From: Acidobacteriota bacterium
GTDB taxonomy: Bacteria; Acidobacteriota; Terriglobia; 2-12-FULL-54-10
Assembly: GCA_016191085.1 (NCBI GenBank)
Contig: JACPPJ010000031.1
Location: forward strand, 261 to 64,260
Length of the DNA stretch: 64,000 nt
Direction: 5' to 3'
Shown: one piece after another, positions 17,601 through 28,006 of the stretch
How positions within the stretch are numbered: the first letter of the stretch is position 1
Layout: each line of letters starts with the position of its first letter
The notes under the pieces: generated by a model
Seen by the model: only the letters and a program-made list of their open reading frames with translations
What the model was told of the DNA's origin: nothing
The model's database searches: none
Program-made: the position numbers and the translations under genes

Positions 17601-18035
17601 TTACTGCTCCCCGCTCTCGACGGTTCCGATTGCACTGCGCAAGACTTCCAGCTTCACTTGGTCTGGGGGCACACGCAGGACTATGTACTGATCCTTAATA
17701 CCGACAATCGTACCGTGAATTCCGCCGTTGGTAACTACCCGATCACCATTCTTCAAACCAGCCAGCATCTGTTGCAACTTCTTTTGTCGTCTTTGATTTG
17801 GCAGGATCAGGAGAAAGTAGAATACCAGGAAGATCGCAACTATAGGCAGCAGACTCAGAAATTGACTGCCAGTGCCATCAGTTTGCCACAGAACTTGGCC
17901 CCAAAGCAACTCTTGCTCAGCCCCCTGTTTGTCGATGCTCGAATTCTTGCCGGCTCGCTCTGCGGAACCCACTGGGGTACCCAAAACCCAGCGAGATTTC
18001 TCTGTCGATACAAGCCGCAGCGTTTTTAGCACCAC
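17601..18035 (-). CDS. yajC: Preprotein translocase subunit YajC (true start probably internal, e.g. TTG at 17909)
   Basis: The C-terminal ~100 aa (LLPIVAIFLVFYFLLILPNQRRQKKLQQMLAGLKNGDRVVTNGGIHGTIVGI…) is typical YajC. The tgt-yajC-secD-secF synteny supports the call. Confidence 0.8.
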   Translation of the reverse strand: MVLKTLRLVSTEKSRWVLGTPVGSAERAGKNSSIDKQGAEQELLWGQVLWQTDGTGSQFLSLLPIVAIFLVFYFLLILPNQRRQKKLQQMLAGLKNGDRVVTNGGIHGTIVGIKDQYIVLRVPPDQVKLEVLRSAIGTVESGEQ

Positions 18036-18043
18036 GTGCGGCC

Positions 18044-19207
18044 CTACGAAACTTCCCCTTGCACCCGATCGCTGAAACCTTTAAGGAAGCAGGAAAAGTT
18101 ACCAGCCGCGATAGTCTGACGTATATTGCGCATAGTGTCAAGGTAGAAAAAGAGATTATGGCAGCTATTCAGTATCGCGCCAAGCATCTCACCCGAGACA
18201 AACAGGTGCCGCAGGTAGGCCCGGGTGTAACGGCGGCACGTCGGGCAGCCGCAGGACTCATCGGGTGGCCGCGTGTCCCGGGCGAACCGGGCCTGCCTGA
18301 TGTGCAGCCTTCCGTGAGACGTAAATAGCATTCCGTTGCGGCCGTTGCGCGTCGGCAGCACGCAATCCATCATGTCTATGCCTTGCGCAACATAGTGAGG
18401 TAGCTCCTCGGGCAGCCCAACACCCATGACGTAGCGCGGCTGATCCTTGGGCAAGCATTCGGTCGTGGCTCCGACAAGCTCGTATGTTAACGTACGGGGC
18501 TCCCCGAGCGACAACCCGCCCAGCGCGTAGCCGGGGAAGCCAATCTCAGTCAGCCTTTGGGCGCATTCACGCCGCAACTCAGGAGAGACGCCACCTTGCC
18601 CGATCCCGAACAGCGATCCCGTCGCCGGGTCTTTGTCGTTGATGCAAAGTTGCTCCCAGGCCTCCTTGGACCGCACTGCCCAGGTGAGCGTGCGCTCCAT
18701 CGCCCTTTGTGAAATCGCATGACTCACCGGGTATTCGGTGCACTCGTCGAGTACCATCATTATGTCGGGACGAAGCGCAGACTGGATCTCCACTGCCCTC
18801 TCCGGCGAGAGCAGATGACGAGAGCCATCCAGATGCGACCGGAATTCCACACCCTCGTCGGTGACCTTCCGCAGATCCCGCAAGCTGAACACCTGGTACC
18901 CGCCGCTGTCGGTCAGGATTGCTCCCTTCCACGACATCAGCCGGTGCAAGCCGCCGACTTCGCGGATTACCGCCTCGCCTGGGCGGAGATAAAGGTGGTA
19001 CGTGTTCGCCAGAAGAATGCGAACACCTAATTGCTCCAGAATGTCTTGAGTGAGCCCCTTGACTGTACCCTGAGTGCCAACCGGCATGAATACAGGCGTC
19101 TCAATCAGGCCGTGAGCGGTTTGGAGAACACCGGTGCGAGCCTTGGTTTCAGCATCGTGGTGGGTGACGGTGAACTGGAGAGTAGGCATGGACGGGAGAG
19201 CGCTCAA
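18044..19207 (-). CDS. tgt: tRNA-guanine transglycosylase (queuine tRNA-ribosyltransferase)
   Basis: 387 aa, with ETPVFMPVGTQGTVKG, DCVLPTRNGRNG and the zinc motif CGCPTC…H. Confidence 0.95.
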   Translation of the reverse strand: MSALPSMPTLQFTVTHHDAETKARTGVLQTAHGLIETPVFMPVGTQGTVKGLTQDILEQLGVRILLANTYHLYLRPGEAVIREVGGLHRLMSWKGAILTDSGGYQVFSLRDLRKVTDEGVEFRSHLDGSRHLLSPERAVEIQSALRPDIMMVLDECTEYPVSHAISQRAMERTLTWAVRSKEAWEQLCINDKDPATGSLFGIGQGGVSPELRRECAQRLTEIGFPGYALGGLSLGEPRTLTYELVGATTECLPKDQPRYVMGVGLPEELPHYVAQGIDMMDCVLPTRNGRNGMLFTSHGRLHIRQARFARDTRPPDESCGCPTCRRYTRAYLRHLFVSGEMLGAILNSCHNLFFYLDTMRNIRQTIAAGNFSCFLKGFSDRVQGEVS

Positions 19208-20370
19208 TCAACGGTGGTCATCGGCGAGGCCATATCCGCAGCGCTGGCATGGCCGGCAGCTTCCGCATAGATATCCAGCACCTTGCTTACTGAGCGGTCC
19301 CAACTGAAGCGTTCGACCTGCCGGCGGCCCTTGGCACATAATTTGGCACGCAGATCAGGATCCAGGAGAACCTGCTCGATAGCACGCGCAATCTCGAAGA
19401 CGTTTTCCGGATTGACCAAAACGGCGGCGTCCCCTACGACTTCGGGTAGCGAGGAAACGTTGGAAGTCACCACGGGCGTTCCCTGCGCCATTGCTTCCAA
19501 AGGCGGTAATCCGAAGCCTTCGTGCAGCGAGGGAAATACGAACACCTCGGCGGATTGGTAAAAGACACGCAATATATCCACAGGCACGAACCCCAAGAAC
19601 CTGACCTCGTGCTGCATGCGAGTGCGCAGAACGGCGCGGCGCAAATCGGAATGTTCGCTGATCTCGTCACCGATAATCAGCAGCCGCAGGTTCCTGTATA
19701 CGGGATGCTCGCGCAAGCGGCTCTTGACCGCTGCGAACGCCTCGATCAACCTCGGCACGTTCTTCTGGGGCTTGGCACTGCCCACGTATAACAGAAACGG
19801 ATCGTCCACGCTGTAGCGCTCCAGAGCCCGCAGCTTGTCTTCTTCCGGGCAAGGGTGAATAAAACGCTCGTCGATAGCGTTCTCTACCACTGTGATACGG
19901 CTGGACGGCACCTGCAAAAGATCTTCCAGATCACGCTTGGTCGCATTAGAAACGGCTAGTATGCGATGCGCTTGGCGCACCGCGCGCTGCACCAGCCGCC
20001 ACCGTATATTCTGCTTAAAACCGCGCTTGGAGTCGTACACAAAATCGGCAACATCGTGGACCGTCATTACGTACTTACAAGGCACCAGAGGCGCCAGGTG
20101 GAGATGAGGAATGTGAAGAACGTCAACGGCGTGATTCTGCAGTAACCTATAGAGTTCCAGATGCATCCGCAAACCGTCGTGGCCGCCCCAGTGAATCAGA
20201 CGAAAGTTCTCATTACCGGGGATGGCTCCCGCCGCGGCTGCCTTCTCCAGTTCGCCAAATAGAATGTATTCGTTTTCGAAGTCGCGGGCCGCAAGCGTCT
20301 TGACGAGGTTGCGGATGTAGGTGCCGATACCAAAATCCTGAATCCGCCGGATATCAATCGCGATTTTCAT
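19204..20370 (-). CDS. Glycosyltransferase, GT4 (GT1-fold) family
   Basis: 388 aa with the C-terminal EGFGLPPLEAMAQGTPVV motif. It has a 4-nt overlap with tgt. Confidence 0.85.
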   Translation of the reverse strand: MKIAIDIRRIQDFGIGTYIRNLVKTLAARDFENEYILFGELEKAAAAGAIPGNENFRLIHWGGHDGLRMHLELYRLLQNHAVDVLHIPHLHLAPLVPCKYVMTVHDVADFVYDSKRGFKQNIRWRLVQRAVRQAHRILAVSNATKRDLEDLLQVPSSRITVVENAIDERFIHPCPEEDKLRALERYSVDDPFLLYVGSAKPQKNVPRLIEAFAAVKSRLREHPVYRNLRLLIIGDEISEHSDLRRAVLRTRMQHEVRFLGFVPVDILRVFYQSAEVFVFPSLHEGFGLPPLEAMAQGTPVVTSNVSSLPEVVGDAAVLVNPENVFEIARAIEQVLLDPDLRAKLCAKGRRQVERFSWDRSVSKVLDIYAEAAGHASAADMASPMTTVD

Positions 20371-20445
20371 TTTCGATTAGATCCGCCGGCATGGACCGGC
20401 AGCCAGGTTCGGCGCGGCAGCAATCGGCGGCTCATAGCTGCGCCG

Positions 20446-21735
20446 TTACACTGCCGATCGCGCCATATGCCAGCGGTAGAGCGGGAATTCCTCCGCAAGC
20501 TGCAACACCTGCCTGCGCACTCCCGCAATGCGCGCTTCGTCCTTGGGATCGCGCAGCACTTCTGCGACCCACCGGCCGATTCGGCGCATCTCCGGCTCTT
20601 TCATGCCGCGCGTGGTCACCGCGGGGGTGCCGACTCGGATACCGCTGGGGTTCATCGGCTTGTTGGTATCAAAAGGAATGGTGTTCTTGTTAACCGTCAT
20701 GTTCGCGGCATGCAGCGCCGTCTCGGCCTCTTTGCCTTTCACGCCCTTGGAGAAAACATCCACCAGCATCAGGTGCGTATCCGTGCCATTCGAGACCACG
20801 TGGAAGCCTTCCTGCATGAGTGTTTCCGCCAAGGCTTTCGCGTTAGCAGCGATCTGCCGCTGGTACTGCTGGAATTCCGGCTGCATTGCTTCGCGGAAGC
20901 AGACCGCTTTGGCCGCGATCATGTGCACCAGAGGTCCGCCCTGCAGCCCCGGGAATACTGCCTTGTCCACCTGCTGCGCGTATGCCGCTTTGCACAGAAT
21001 CAAACCGGCGCGCGGCCCTCGCAACGTCTTATGCGTAGTGGTCGTGACGATATCCGCGTAGGGAACGGGGCTGGGGTGAACTTTCGCGGCAACCAGTCCG
21101 GCGATATGCGCCATGTCTACCATGAGCAGAGCGCCGGCTTTGTCGCAGATCTGCCGCAGGCGTGGGAAATCGATGATGCGTGCGTACGCCGTCGCCCCGG
21201 CCTGGATAAGCCTAGGCTTTTTCTCAATGGCCAATTGCTCCAGCGCGTCGTAATCAATGGTCTCCGTGTCACGCCGCACGCCATAGGGAACAACCGCGTA
21301 GGTCTTGCCGGAGAAATTCACCGGGCTGCCGTGCGTCAAATGGCCGCCGTGCGAGAGGTCCATCCCCAGGATGACATCGCCGGGTTGCAGCACCGCCGCG
21401 TACGCCGCCATATTTGCCTGGCTGCCGGCGTGAGGCTGCACGTTGGCGTGCTCGGCCCCGAACAGCTCTTTGGCGCGCTCGATTGCCAGAGTCTCGGCGC
21501 GGTCCGCCCACTCGCAGCCGCCGTAATACCGCTTAGCGGGATAGCCTTCGGCGTACTTGTTCGTCAAGACGGAACCCATCGCCTCCAGCACCGCCTGGGA
21601 TACGAAATTCTCGCTGGCGATTAGCTCCAGATGTGAGTGCTGCCGTTCCGTTTCACGCTCGATTACCTCGGCGATCTCCGGGTCAACTTCGGCCAGCGGC
21701 CGCGACATTCGCTGCTCAATCTCGTTTAGCGACAC
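20446..21735 (-). CDS. glyA: Serine hydroxymethyltransferase
   Basis: 429 aa, with the [12 protein letters not shown] pyridoxal-phosphate lysine motif and full-length SHMT similarity. Confidence 0.95.
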   Translation of the reverse strand: MSLNEIEQRMSRPLAEVDPEIAEVIERETERQHSHLELIASENFVSQAVLEAMGSVLTNKYAEGYPAKRYYGGCEWADRAETLAIERAKELFGAEHANVQPHAGSQANMAAYAAVLQPGDVILGMDLSHGGHLTHGSPVNFSGKTYAVVPYGVRRDTETIDYDALEQLAIEKKPRLIQAGATAYARIIDFPRLRQICDKAGALLMVDMAHIAGLVAAKVHPSPVPYADIVTTTTHKTLRGPRAGLILCKAAYAQQVDKAVFPGLQGGPLVHMIAAKAVCFREAMQPEFQQYQRQIAANAKALAETLMQEGFHVVSNGTDTHLMLVDVFSKGVKGKEAETALHAANMTVNKNTIPFDTNKPMNPSGIRVGTPAVTTRGMKEPEMRRIGRWVAEVLRDPKDEARIAGVRRQVLQLAEEFPLYRWHMARSAV

Positions 21736-21913
21736 ATTTCCCCCTTACCAGTTTTCCTGCTGATGATGCATTTTAACATTGAAACCAGACCCGAGCCTCA
21801 TGGCATGCCGGCCCGCCGATATTCAAACCCCCGGGCTCACGAATAACACTTTGTTTGCCGTGACATATGAATGCCATTACACTAATCACTGCGGAAACGA
21901 TTCCTGACTACAT

Positions 21914-22753
21914 TTGCGGGAGATCATCATGATCGCCCTTTCGGCGCCCTGGCAGATTGCTTCGACATTCGCGCGGAACTTAGGCCGTCGGCGAGGGCTG
22001 ATTTTTAATCTCGTGGTACGCGACTTCAAGCAGCGGTACATCGGCTCGTCGATGGGATGGTTGTGGGCGGCGGTGCATCCAGTCGTGCTGCTCGCCAGCT
22101 ATACGTTTGTGTTTGCGGTGATATTCAAGGTCAAGTTGGGACCCGAGGCGGGCACCTCGAATTTCGCCATTTTCCTTTTCGCAGGTATGCTACCGTGGCT
22201 GCTGTTCCAGGAAACCGTGCAGCGCTCGGCCAACTCGATCGTGGATTACGCCAACTTGATTACGAAATCCGTGTTTCCGGCGGAGTTGATTCCTATCGCC
22301 ATTTTTCTATCCAATCTGCTGAACCATCTCGCGGGCCTGCTGATTTTATTCGTTGTGGTTCTGATCGCCACGCACCAGCTTAGTCCGGTCGTAGTAATAT
22401 TGCCGCTCTATATCCTCCTGCTCGGCCTGTTTACGTTGGGCGTGAGCTGGCTTGTTTCCAGCTTGAACGTCTTTTTGCGCGACACCGCGCAAGCGCTGCT
22501 GATTGTGCTTACGTTCTGGTTCTGGTTCACGCCGATTTTTTTCACTGCGGACCGCCTGCCGCCGCAGGTTAGGTTCTTGGCGGTATGGAACCCTTTGGCA
22601 GCGGTGGTCAGTGCCTACAGGGACTGCATTTTGCTGGCACGATGGCCGTCCATGGCGGAACTCGGTCAATTGGCGGTGCTCTCGATTGGAACGTTTATAT
22701 TGGGCGGCTTGTTCTTCCGCCACAGCAAGGGCGCCTTTGGAGACGTATTGTGA
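21914..22753 (+). CDS. wzm: ABC-2 type polysaccharide/O-antigen export permease (Wzm-like)
   Basis: 279 aa with 6 predicted TM segments and an ABC-2 family N-terminus (FNLVVRDFKQRYIGSSMGWLWA). It is followed by the cognate ATPase. Confidence 0.85.
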   Translation: MREIIMIALSAPWQIASTFARNLGRRRGLIFNLVVRDFKQRYIGSSMGWLWAAVHPVVLLASYTFVFAVIFKVKLGPEAGTSNFAIFLFAGMLPWLLFQETVQRSANSIVDYANLITKSVFPAELIPIAIFLSNLLNHLAGLLILFVVVLIATHQLSPVVVILPLYILLLGLFTLGVSWLVSSLNVFLRDTAQALLIVLTFWFWFTPIFFTADRLPPQVRFLAVWNPLAAVVSAYRDCILLARWPSMAELGQLAVLSIGTFILGGLFFRHSKGAFGDVL

Positions 22754-22760
22754 AAGGATC

Positions 22761-22901
<141 letters not shown>

Positions 22902-22915
22902 AGGCATTTGACCCA

Positions 22916-24232
22916 ATGGGTGCTGTTCACATTCGCGGCGTGTCGAAGAGTTACCCGATCTACGCGCGTCCTGCGGACCGCTTGAAGGAACTGCTCACCT
23001 GGAACCGGCGCTCATACCATCAAGACTTCTGGGCACTGCGTGATGTGTCATTAGAAATTGCCAAAGGGTCCACGTTCGGACTTGTCGGCGAGAACGGGTC
23101 GGGCAAGAGCACGTTGCTGCAATTAATCGCCGGGATTTTGAAGCCCACCCGCGGCTCGCTGCAAGTTGAAGGGCGCGTGTCGGCGTTGCTCGAGCTTGGT
23201 TCGGGGTTCAACGGCGAATTTTCCGGCCGCGAGAACGTGTTCTTGAACGGCGCGATCCTGGGACTCAGTAACAAGGAGATCGAGCGGCTTTACCCCGCGA
23301 TCGAGTCATTCGCCGAAATAGGCGACTTCATCCGCCAGCCTGTAAAGACGTATTCGAGCGGCATGATGGTGCGTCTTGCTTTCGCCGTGGCAATTAATCT
23401 CGATCCTGACATTTTGCTCGTCGATGAAGCGCTCGCCGTCGGCGACATCTACTTTCGCCAGCGCTGCATGCGCAAGATCCATGAGCTGCACCGCCGTGGA
23501 GTCACCATCATCTTCGTGTCGCACAGCGCGGTCGATATCAAGAGCCTGGCTCAAGAGGTCGTGTGGCTGGAGCACGGGCGCATGGTTGAGCAGGGCGATC
23601 CTGATCGGGTTGTCACAAAATATCTAGCCGCGATGGTCAGCAAGGACGACCGCTACCGCAAACAGCAGGCGGCCGATGCCGAGGTCAAGCAACAGAGCCC
23701 GACCGCCGCGGTCGTTGCGCCGGAAATTGTCGAGCGCATCCCCAACATTGATTTCCGGTACGGTAACCGTGCCGCCGAGGTGATCGGCATCGCGGTCCTG
23801 AATGAGCAGGGAGAAGAGCTGGCGCTGTTGCCGCAAGCTGCGACCATCGTCGTGCGCATCAGCCTTCGCGCTAACGCGGAGGTCGCCATGCCGATTGTGG
23901 GATTCCTGATACGCAACCATCTTGGCATCGAGCTCGCCGGAACGAACACGGCTCTCGAAGAGGTGGAACTGCCCGCCTTCAGCCCGGGCGATGTCTACAC
24001 CATAGACTTCCACCTGAAACTGCCGGAGCTATATCCGGCGCACTTCTCCTTCACGCCCGCCATTGCAACCGGAACTCTGGAGGCGTTTGACATGTGCGAT
24101 TGGGTGGACAACGCCATCAGCCTGCAAGCGGAGAAGGGCCGAGCCGTCTACGGCTATCTCCACTTTCCTTGCCATGTCTATGTGAACGCGATCACTCCGG
24201 CGCGGGTCCGCGCAGGAGGCGGGCAGCCGTGA
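22916..24232 (+). CDS. wzt: Polysaccharide/O-antigen ABC exporter ATP-binding protein (Wzt/TagH-like) with C-terminal extension
   Basis: Walker A GENGSGKST, signature YSSGMMVRLAFA and Walker B ILLVDEALAVGD are present. About 190 aa of extra C-terminal domain follow the NBD. Confidence 0.9.
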   Translation: MGAVHIRGVSKSYPIYARPADRLKELLTWNRRSYHQDFWALRDVSLEIAKGSTFGLVGENGSGKSTLLQLIAGILKPTRGSLQVEGRVSALLELGSGFNGEFSGRENVFLNGAILGLSNKEIERLYPAIESFAEIGDFIRQPVKTYSSGMMVRLAFAVAINLDPDILLVDEALAVGDIYFRQRCMRKIHELHRRGVTIIFVSHSAVDIKSLAQEVVWLEHGRMVEQGDPDRVVTKYLAAMVSKDDRYRKQQAADAEVKQQSPTAAVVAPEIVERIPNIDFRYGNRAAEVIGIAVLNEQGEELALLPQAATIVVRISLRANAEVAMPIVGFLIRNHLGIELAGTNTALEEVELPAFSPGDVYTIDFHLKLPELYPAHFSFTPAIATGTLEAFDMCDWVDNAISLQAEKGRAVYGYLHFPCHVYVNAITPARVRAGGGQP

Positions 24233-25524
24233 ACTTCACCGGTGAACGTGTCATTTTGGGTCAGGGCGACCAGGACCTGATCAATGAGCATTTGGCGCGA
24301 TATTATTTTGCGCAGCGATTCTCTTCAGGAAAGATCGTGCTGGATGCCGCCTGCGGTTCCGGGTATGGCTCCGCCATGCTCGCGGAAAACGCGAAGGCCG
24401 TTGTCGGTGTGGACATCTCACAAGAAGCGGTGGACTATTCCCGCGCGCACTACACCGCGCCGAATCTGCGTTTCAGCACCGCCGATTGCATGGTGCTTCC
24501 CTTCCCCGGCGCTCACTTTGATTTAGTAGTCGCGTTCGAAATCATCGAGCATCTGCACGATCCCACGGCGTTCCTCAAAGAGCTCGAGCGCGTACTGAAC
24601 CCCTCCGGGCTGCTGATTATTTCGACTCCCAACCGCCTCTACTACACCGAGGAACGCGGCGAGATCAACCCGTTCCACGAGCGTGAGTTCACATATTCGG
24701 AATTCGATGAAATTCTCGCGCGATTCAGTCATTGGTGCATACTCTGCGAAGACCACGTGCCGGGGTTGCTGATTGCGCCTCCAGGCGAACGACCTGTGTT
24801 CTCTTCGGCATCGGATGTGGTCGCCGGGCGCCCCGAGATTCGGGAATCGGGAATCGGGATTCAACAGTCTCAATTCTCCGACTTCCGAACCCCAATTTCC
24901 GATTCCCGTTCGAGGGAAGAGGCGCAACGCGGGGCTTACTTCTTCGTAGCTGTGTGCTCGCACGAGCCGCTGGATGCCGTCGCACCGCTGCTGTATCTAC
25001 CTTCTACCGGAAACGTCCTTCGAGAACGGGAGAAACATATTCGGGACCTAACAAAGCTTCTCGCCGAAGCGGACGCCGAGGCCGAGCGCGCCAGGACCGA
25101 AGCTCAGCTCGCGATGGCCGCCGAGCAACGCGTCCGGGCCGAGGCACAACAGAAACTCGACGCCAAAGAGGCGGAGGTCGCGGAGCTACGCCCGCGTTAC
25201 GAGGCCCAGGTCGCCGAACGGACCGAGTGGGCTCGCAGCCTGGATGCCGAGTTGAAGCAGAAAAGTGAGTATCTGGCACAGCTACAGGCCGACTATGACA
25301 GCAAAGTGCAATGGGCGGTCTCGGTCAACAAGGACTTGGAACAGGCTCGGGCCGCGCTGCAGGCGCTGCGAGCTGAATTCGAAGAGCGCACCGCCTGGGC
25401 GCTGCAGTTGGATTCCGAAGTAAAAAAGCTAAGGACGGAACTCGGGCTCTTAGTCGATTCGCGTTGGTATCGCCTGGGAAAGAGCCTGCGCGTCAGTCCT
25501 GTTCCGCCCTCTGACCAGCGGTGA
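24229..25524 (+). CDS. Class I SAM-dependent methyltransferase with long C-terminal coiled coil (WbdD-like architecture)
   Basis: The GTG start overlaps the wzt stop (GTGA). SAM motif I is VLDAACGSGYGS. The C-terminal ~170 aa is heptad-rich (…AEAERARTEAQLAMAAEQRVRAEAQQKLDAKEAEVAELR…). Confidence 0.8.
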   Translation: MNFTGERVILGQGDQDLINEHLARYYFAQRFSSGKIVLDAACGSGYGSAMLAENAKAVVGVDISQEAVDYSRAHYTAPNLRFSTADCMVLPFPGAHFDLVVAFEIIEHLHDPTAFLKELERVLNPSGLLIISTPNRLYYTEERGEINPFHEREFTYSEFDEILARFSHWCILCEDHVPGLLIAPPGERPVFSSASDVVAGRPEIRESGIGIQQSQFSDFRTPISDSRSREEAQRGAYFFVAVCSHEPLDAVAPLLYLPSTGNVLREREKHIRDLTKLLAEADAEAERARTEAQLAMAAEQRVRAEAQQKLDAKEAEVAELRPRYEAQVAERTEWARSLDAELKQKSEYLAQLQADYDSKVQWAVSVNKDLEQARAALQALRAEFEERTAWALQLDSEVKKLRTELGLLVDSRWYRLGKSLRVSPVPPSDQR

Positions 25525-25539
25525 CGGAATCGTTGGATT

Positions 25540-27966
25540 ATGGGCAGGACCTTACATATCCTGAAGCAAATCGCGAAGCTGCTCTTTCTGTGCGCGGCCC
25601 CGCTATTGCTCCTGGGCATGTTCGTCGGTTTTCTCGCAACCGATCTACTGTGCCGTCTCACGCGTCTTTTCTCCGTACACCGTCCTGCCGAACTTGACTC
25701 CGACGGTACTCTGGACTCTCCTCCACGAAGCGCCAGCATCGTCATTCCCAACTGGAACGGGAAGGAACTGCTGGCAAAGTTCCTTCCCAGCATAGTAGAA
25801 GCGACTTCGGAGCAAGACGAAATTATTGTTGTGGACAATGCCAGCACGGACGGCAGCGCCGAATTCCTGCGGCAGCGTTTCCCGCGTGTGCGCGTGATCC
25901 AGACGGAGCGCAACCTGGGTTTCGGCGGCGGGTCCAACTTGGGAATTCAAGCCGCGCGAAACCGCATCGCGGTCCTTCTGAACAATGATATGCGCGTGAC
26001 GCCTGATTTCCTGCGTCCGCTGCTTGACGGATTCACCGACCCCGCCGTGTTCGCGGTCAGCTCGCAAATCTTTTTCAGCGACCCGAGCCGCCGGCGTGAG
26101 GAGACGGGCCTCATCTCCGGCCGGTTTGAAAAAGGCTTTGTCAGGGTACGTCATGAGGTGGACCCGGACATCCCGACACTCTACCCCACGTTTTACGCGG
26201 GCGGCGGGTCAACGGCATACGATCGCGAAAAGTTTCTGGAACTGGGCGGCTTCGATTCGCTCTTTGAGCCGTTTTATCTAGAGGACACCGACCTTTCCTA
26301 TGGCGCGTGGCGGCGCGGGTGGAAAGTGTTTTACCAGCCTGCAAGCCACGTGTTTCACGAGCATCGCGCCACCATCGGGAAACACTACTCGCGCGCGGCG
26401 ATCCTGGCCTACTTGCAAAAAAACTACGCGCTGATGGTGTGGAAGAACATCCATCGCTGGCGCTGGCTCGCGTCACACCTTGTTTACCTCTACGGTCACA
26501 TGGCGCTGTGCTGGGCAGGCAAAGAGACCGATACGCGCACCACTATTGGTTCATTTATTCTGGCCCTGAAGCATTTTCCACGAGCGCTGCGCCAGCGTTT
26601 TCATGCGCTGGAGCGCGCCACAATCAACGATCCCGCCGTATTCGCCCGCACCCGGCCTTCGATCTTCCGCGACGTATTTCAGAGCCGTGAGGGAGCGCGC
26701 GCGGGAACGAATGGCAAGACGGAAATCCGAGCCCCTTTGACACCGCTTGCCTCCAACGGGCCAACCAACCGCCCGCTTAACATCCTTTTCGTCTCCCCGT
26801 ATTCAATGTACCCGCCCATACATGGCGGCGCCGTATTTATGCTGGAGGCGATCCGCGAACTCGCCAAGCGCCACAATATTTTCGTGCTCATGTTTGTGGA
26901 CCGCGCCGAAGAGGTTGAGCCGAACCGCTCGCTGGAGAGCTTCGTGCGGAAGGTGGACGTACACGTGCGCCGCTGGAAGCAGCGCCGCAATTTCGGCCTG
27001 CGCTCCAATGCCGAAGAAACTTTCCGCGATCCTCAGTTCGCGGCGCTTCTCGACAAGGCGGTTTACCTCTACGATATTGACGTCATCCAATTCGAGTACG
27101 CGCAGCTCGCGCAGTACCACCTGCCGCTGGAGCACACGCCGCAATGCCTGTTCGAGCACGACGTTTACTTCCACTCGGTCTCTCGCCAGTTGGCTTCGGG
27201 CCCAGGAGGAGTGTTTGTAAAGGCCCGGGAATTTGTCGAGTGGTTGCGGGCGTTGCGCTTCGAGGTCTCTGCCGCCGAGAAGTTCGACGCGCTCTTCACC
27301 TGCAACGAACATGAAAAGCGCCTGCTGGAATCATTTCTGAACGGGCGCCAGCCGCCGGTGTATTCCGGAGTCCACGTCGCGATTGACGTCCACAGCTATT
27401 CCTACCACGGCGGTCCGCGCCGTCCCGACTCGCTGCTGTTTGTGGGAAACTTTCAACATCAGCCGAACGTGGACGGACTGCTCTATTTCTGCCGCGAGGT
27501 GCTGCCGCTGATCCGCGCGGCGCGGCCAACGGTGACGTTCAGCGTGGCGGGAGCGCATCCCCGCGCTGAAATACAACGCCTGCTGCCCACCGTCGGTGTA
27601 GAGTTTCTAGGCCAAGTGCCTGATATCCGCGACCCGCTCTCCGAATATGCCGTGTTCGTTTGCCCCATCCTCACCGGCGCGGGTGTCCGGGTGAAGATAT
27701 TGGAAGCATTCGCCGCCGGCATCCCGGTGGTCTCCACGCCTCTGGGCGCCGAAGGCATCGCGGGCGAAGATGGCACTCATTTTCTGCTGGCCAACTCCCC
27801 ACGCCAGTTCGCTGACCAAACGCTCCGCCTGCTGCAACACCCCGAAACGGCCGCCGCTATGGCAGCACAATCCCGCGAACTTGTGGAAGAACTCTACGAT
27901 TGGCCCGCCGCCGCCATGCGACTAGAAGGAATTTACCGGGAGCTGGTAGCCACCCGGAATGGCTGA
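25540..27966 (+). CDS. Two-domain glycosyltransferase (N-terminal GT2, C-terminal GT4)
   Basis: 808 aa. The GT2 part shows SIVIPNWNG…VVDNASTDGS…NLGFGGGSN…LLNNDM. The GT4 part shows a C-terminal …GAGVRVKILEAFAAGIPVVST… region. Confidence 0.85.
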   Translation: MGRTLHILKQIAKLLFLCAAPLLLLGMFVGFLATDLLCRLTRLFSVHRPAELDSDGTLDSPPRSASIVIPNWNGKELLAKFLPSIVEATSEQDEIIVVDNASTDGSAEFLRQRFPRVRVIQTERNLGFGGGSNLGIQAARNRIAVLLNNDMRVTPDFLRPLLDGFTDPAVFAVSSQIFFSDPSRRREETGLISGRFEKGFVRVRHEVDPDIPTLYPTFYAGGGSTAYDREKFLELGGFDSLFEPFYLEDTDLSYGAWRRGWKVFYQPASHVFHEHRATIGKHYSRAAILAYLQKNYALMVWKNIHRWRWLASHLVYLYGHMALCWAGKETDTRTTIGSFILALKHFPRALRQRFHALERATINDPAVFARTRPSIFRDVFQSREGARAGTNGKTEIRAPLTPLASNGPTNRPLNILFVSPYSMYPPIHGGAVFMLEAIRELAKRHNIFVLMFVDRAEEVEPNRSLESFVRKVDVHVRRWKQRRNFGLRSNAEETFRDPQFAALLDKAVYLYDIDVIQFEYAQLAQYHLPLEHTPQCLFEHDVYFHSVSRQLASGPGGVFVKAREFVEWLRALRFEVSAAEKFDALFTCNEHEKRLLESFLNGRQPPVYSGVHVAIDVHSYSYHGGPRRPDSLLFVGNFQHQPNVDGLLYFCREVLPLIRAARPTVTFSVAGAHPRAEIQRLLPTVGVEFLGQVPDIRDPLSEYAVFVCPILTGAGVRVKILEAFAAGIPVVSTPLGAEGIAGEDGTHFLLANSPRQFADQTLRLLQHPETAAAMAAQSRELVEELYDWPAAAMRLEGIYRELVATRNG

Positions 27967-28006
27967 TACGCGGGCGCGGGCCGGACACTCTCCCGCACCC
28001 GCGAGC

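Noticed and set aside
17910-18035. The N-terminal 42 codons of the yajC ORF.
   Set aside because: YajC proteins are about 100 aa, starting just before the single TM helix. The extension is probably not translated, and a TTG at 17909 is a plausible start. It is kept inside the feature only because the exact start cannot be fixed from sequence alone.
20467-21624. Long antisense ORFs opposite well-supported genes: 385 aa opposite glyA, 359 aa at 4527..5606 opposite the MBL gene, 381 aa at 6322..7467, 377 aa at 30415..31548, 420 aa at 32430..33692, and 391 aa at 36691..37866.
   Set aside because: These are typical shadow ORFs of GC-rich DNA. They have Arg/Gly/His-rich low-complexity translations and no recognisable domains, and each is fully overlapped by a gene with strong family signatures.
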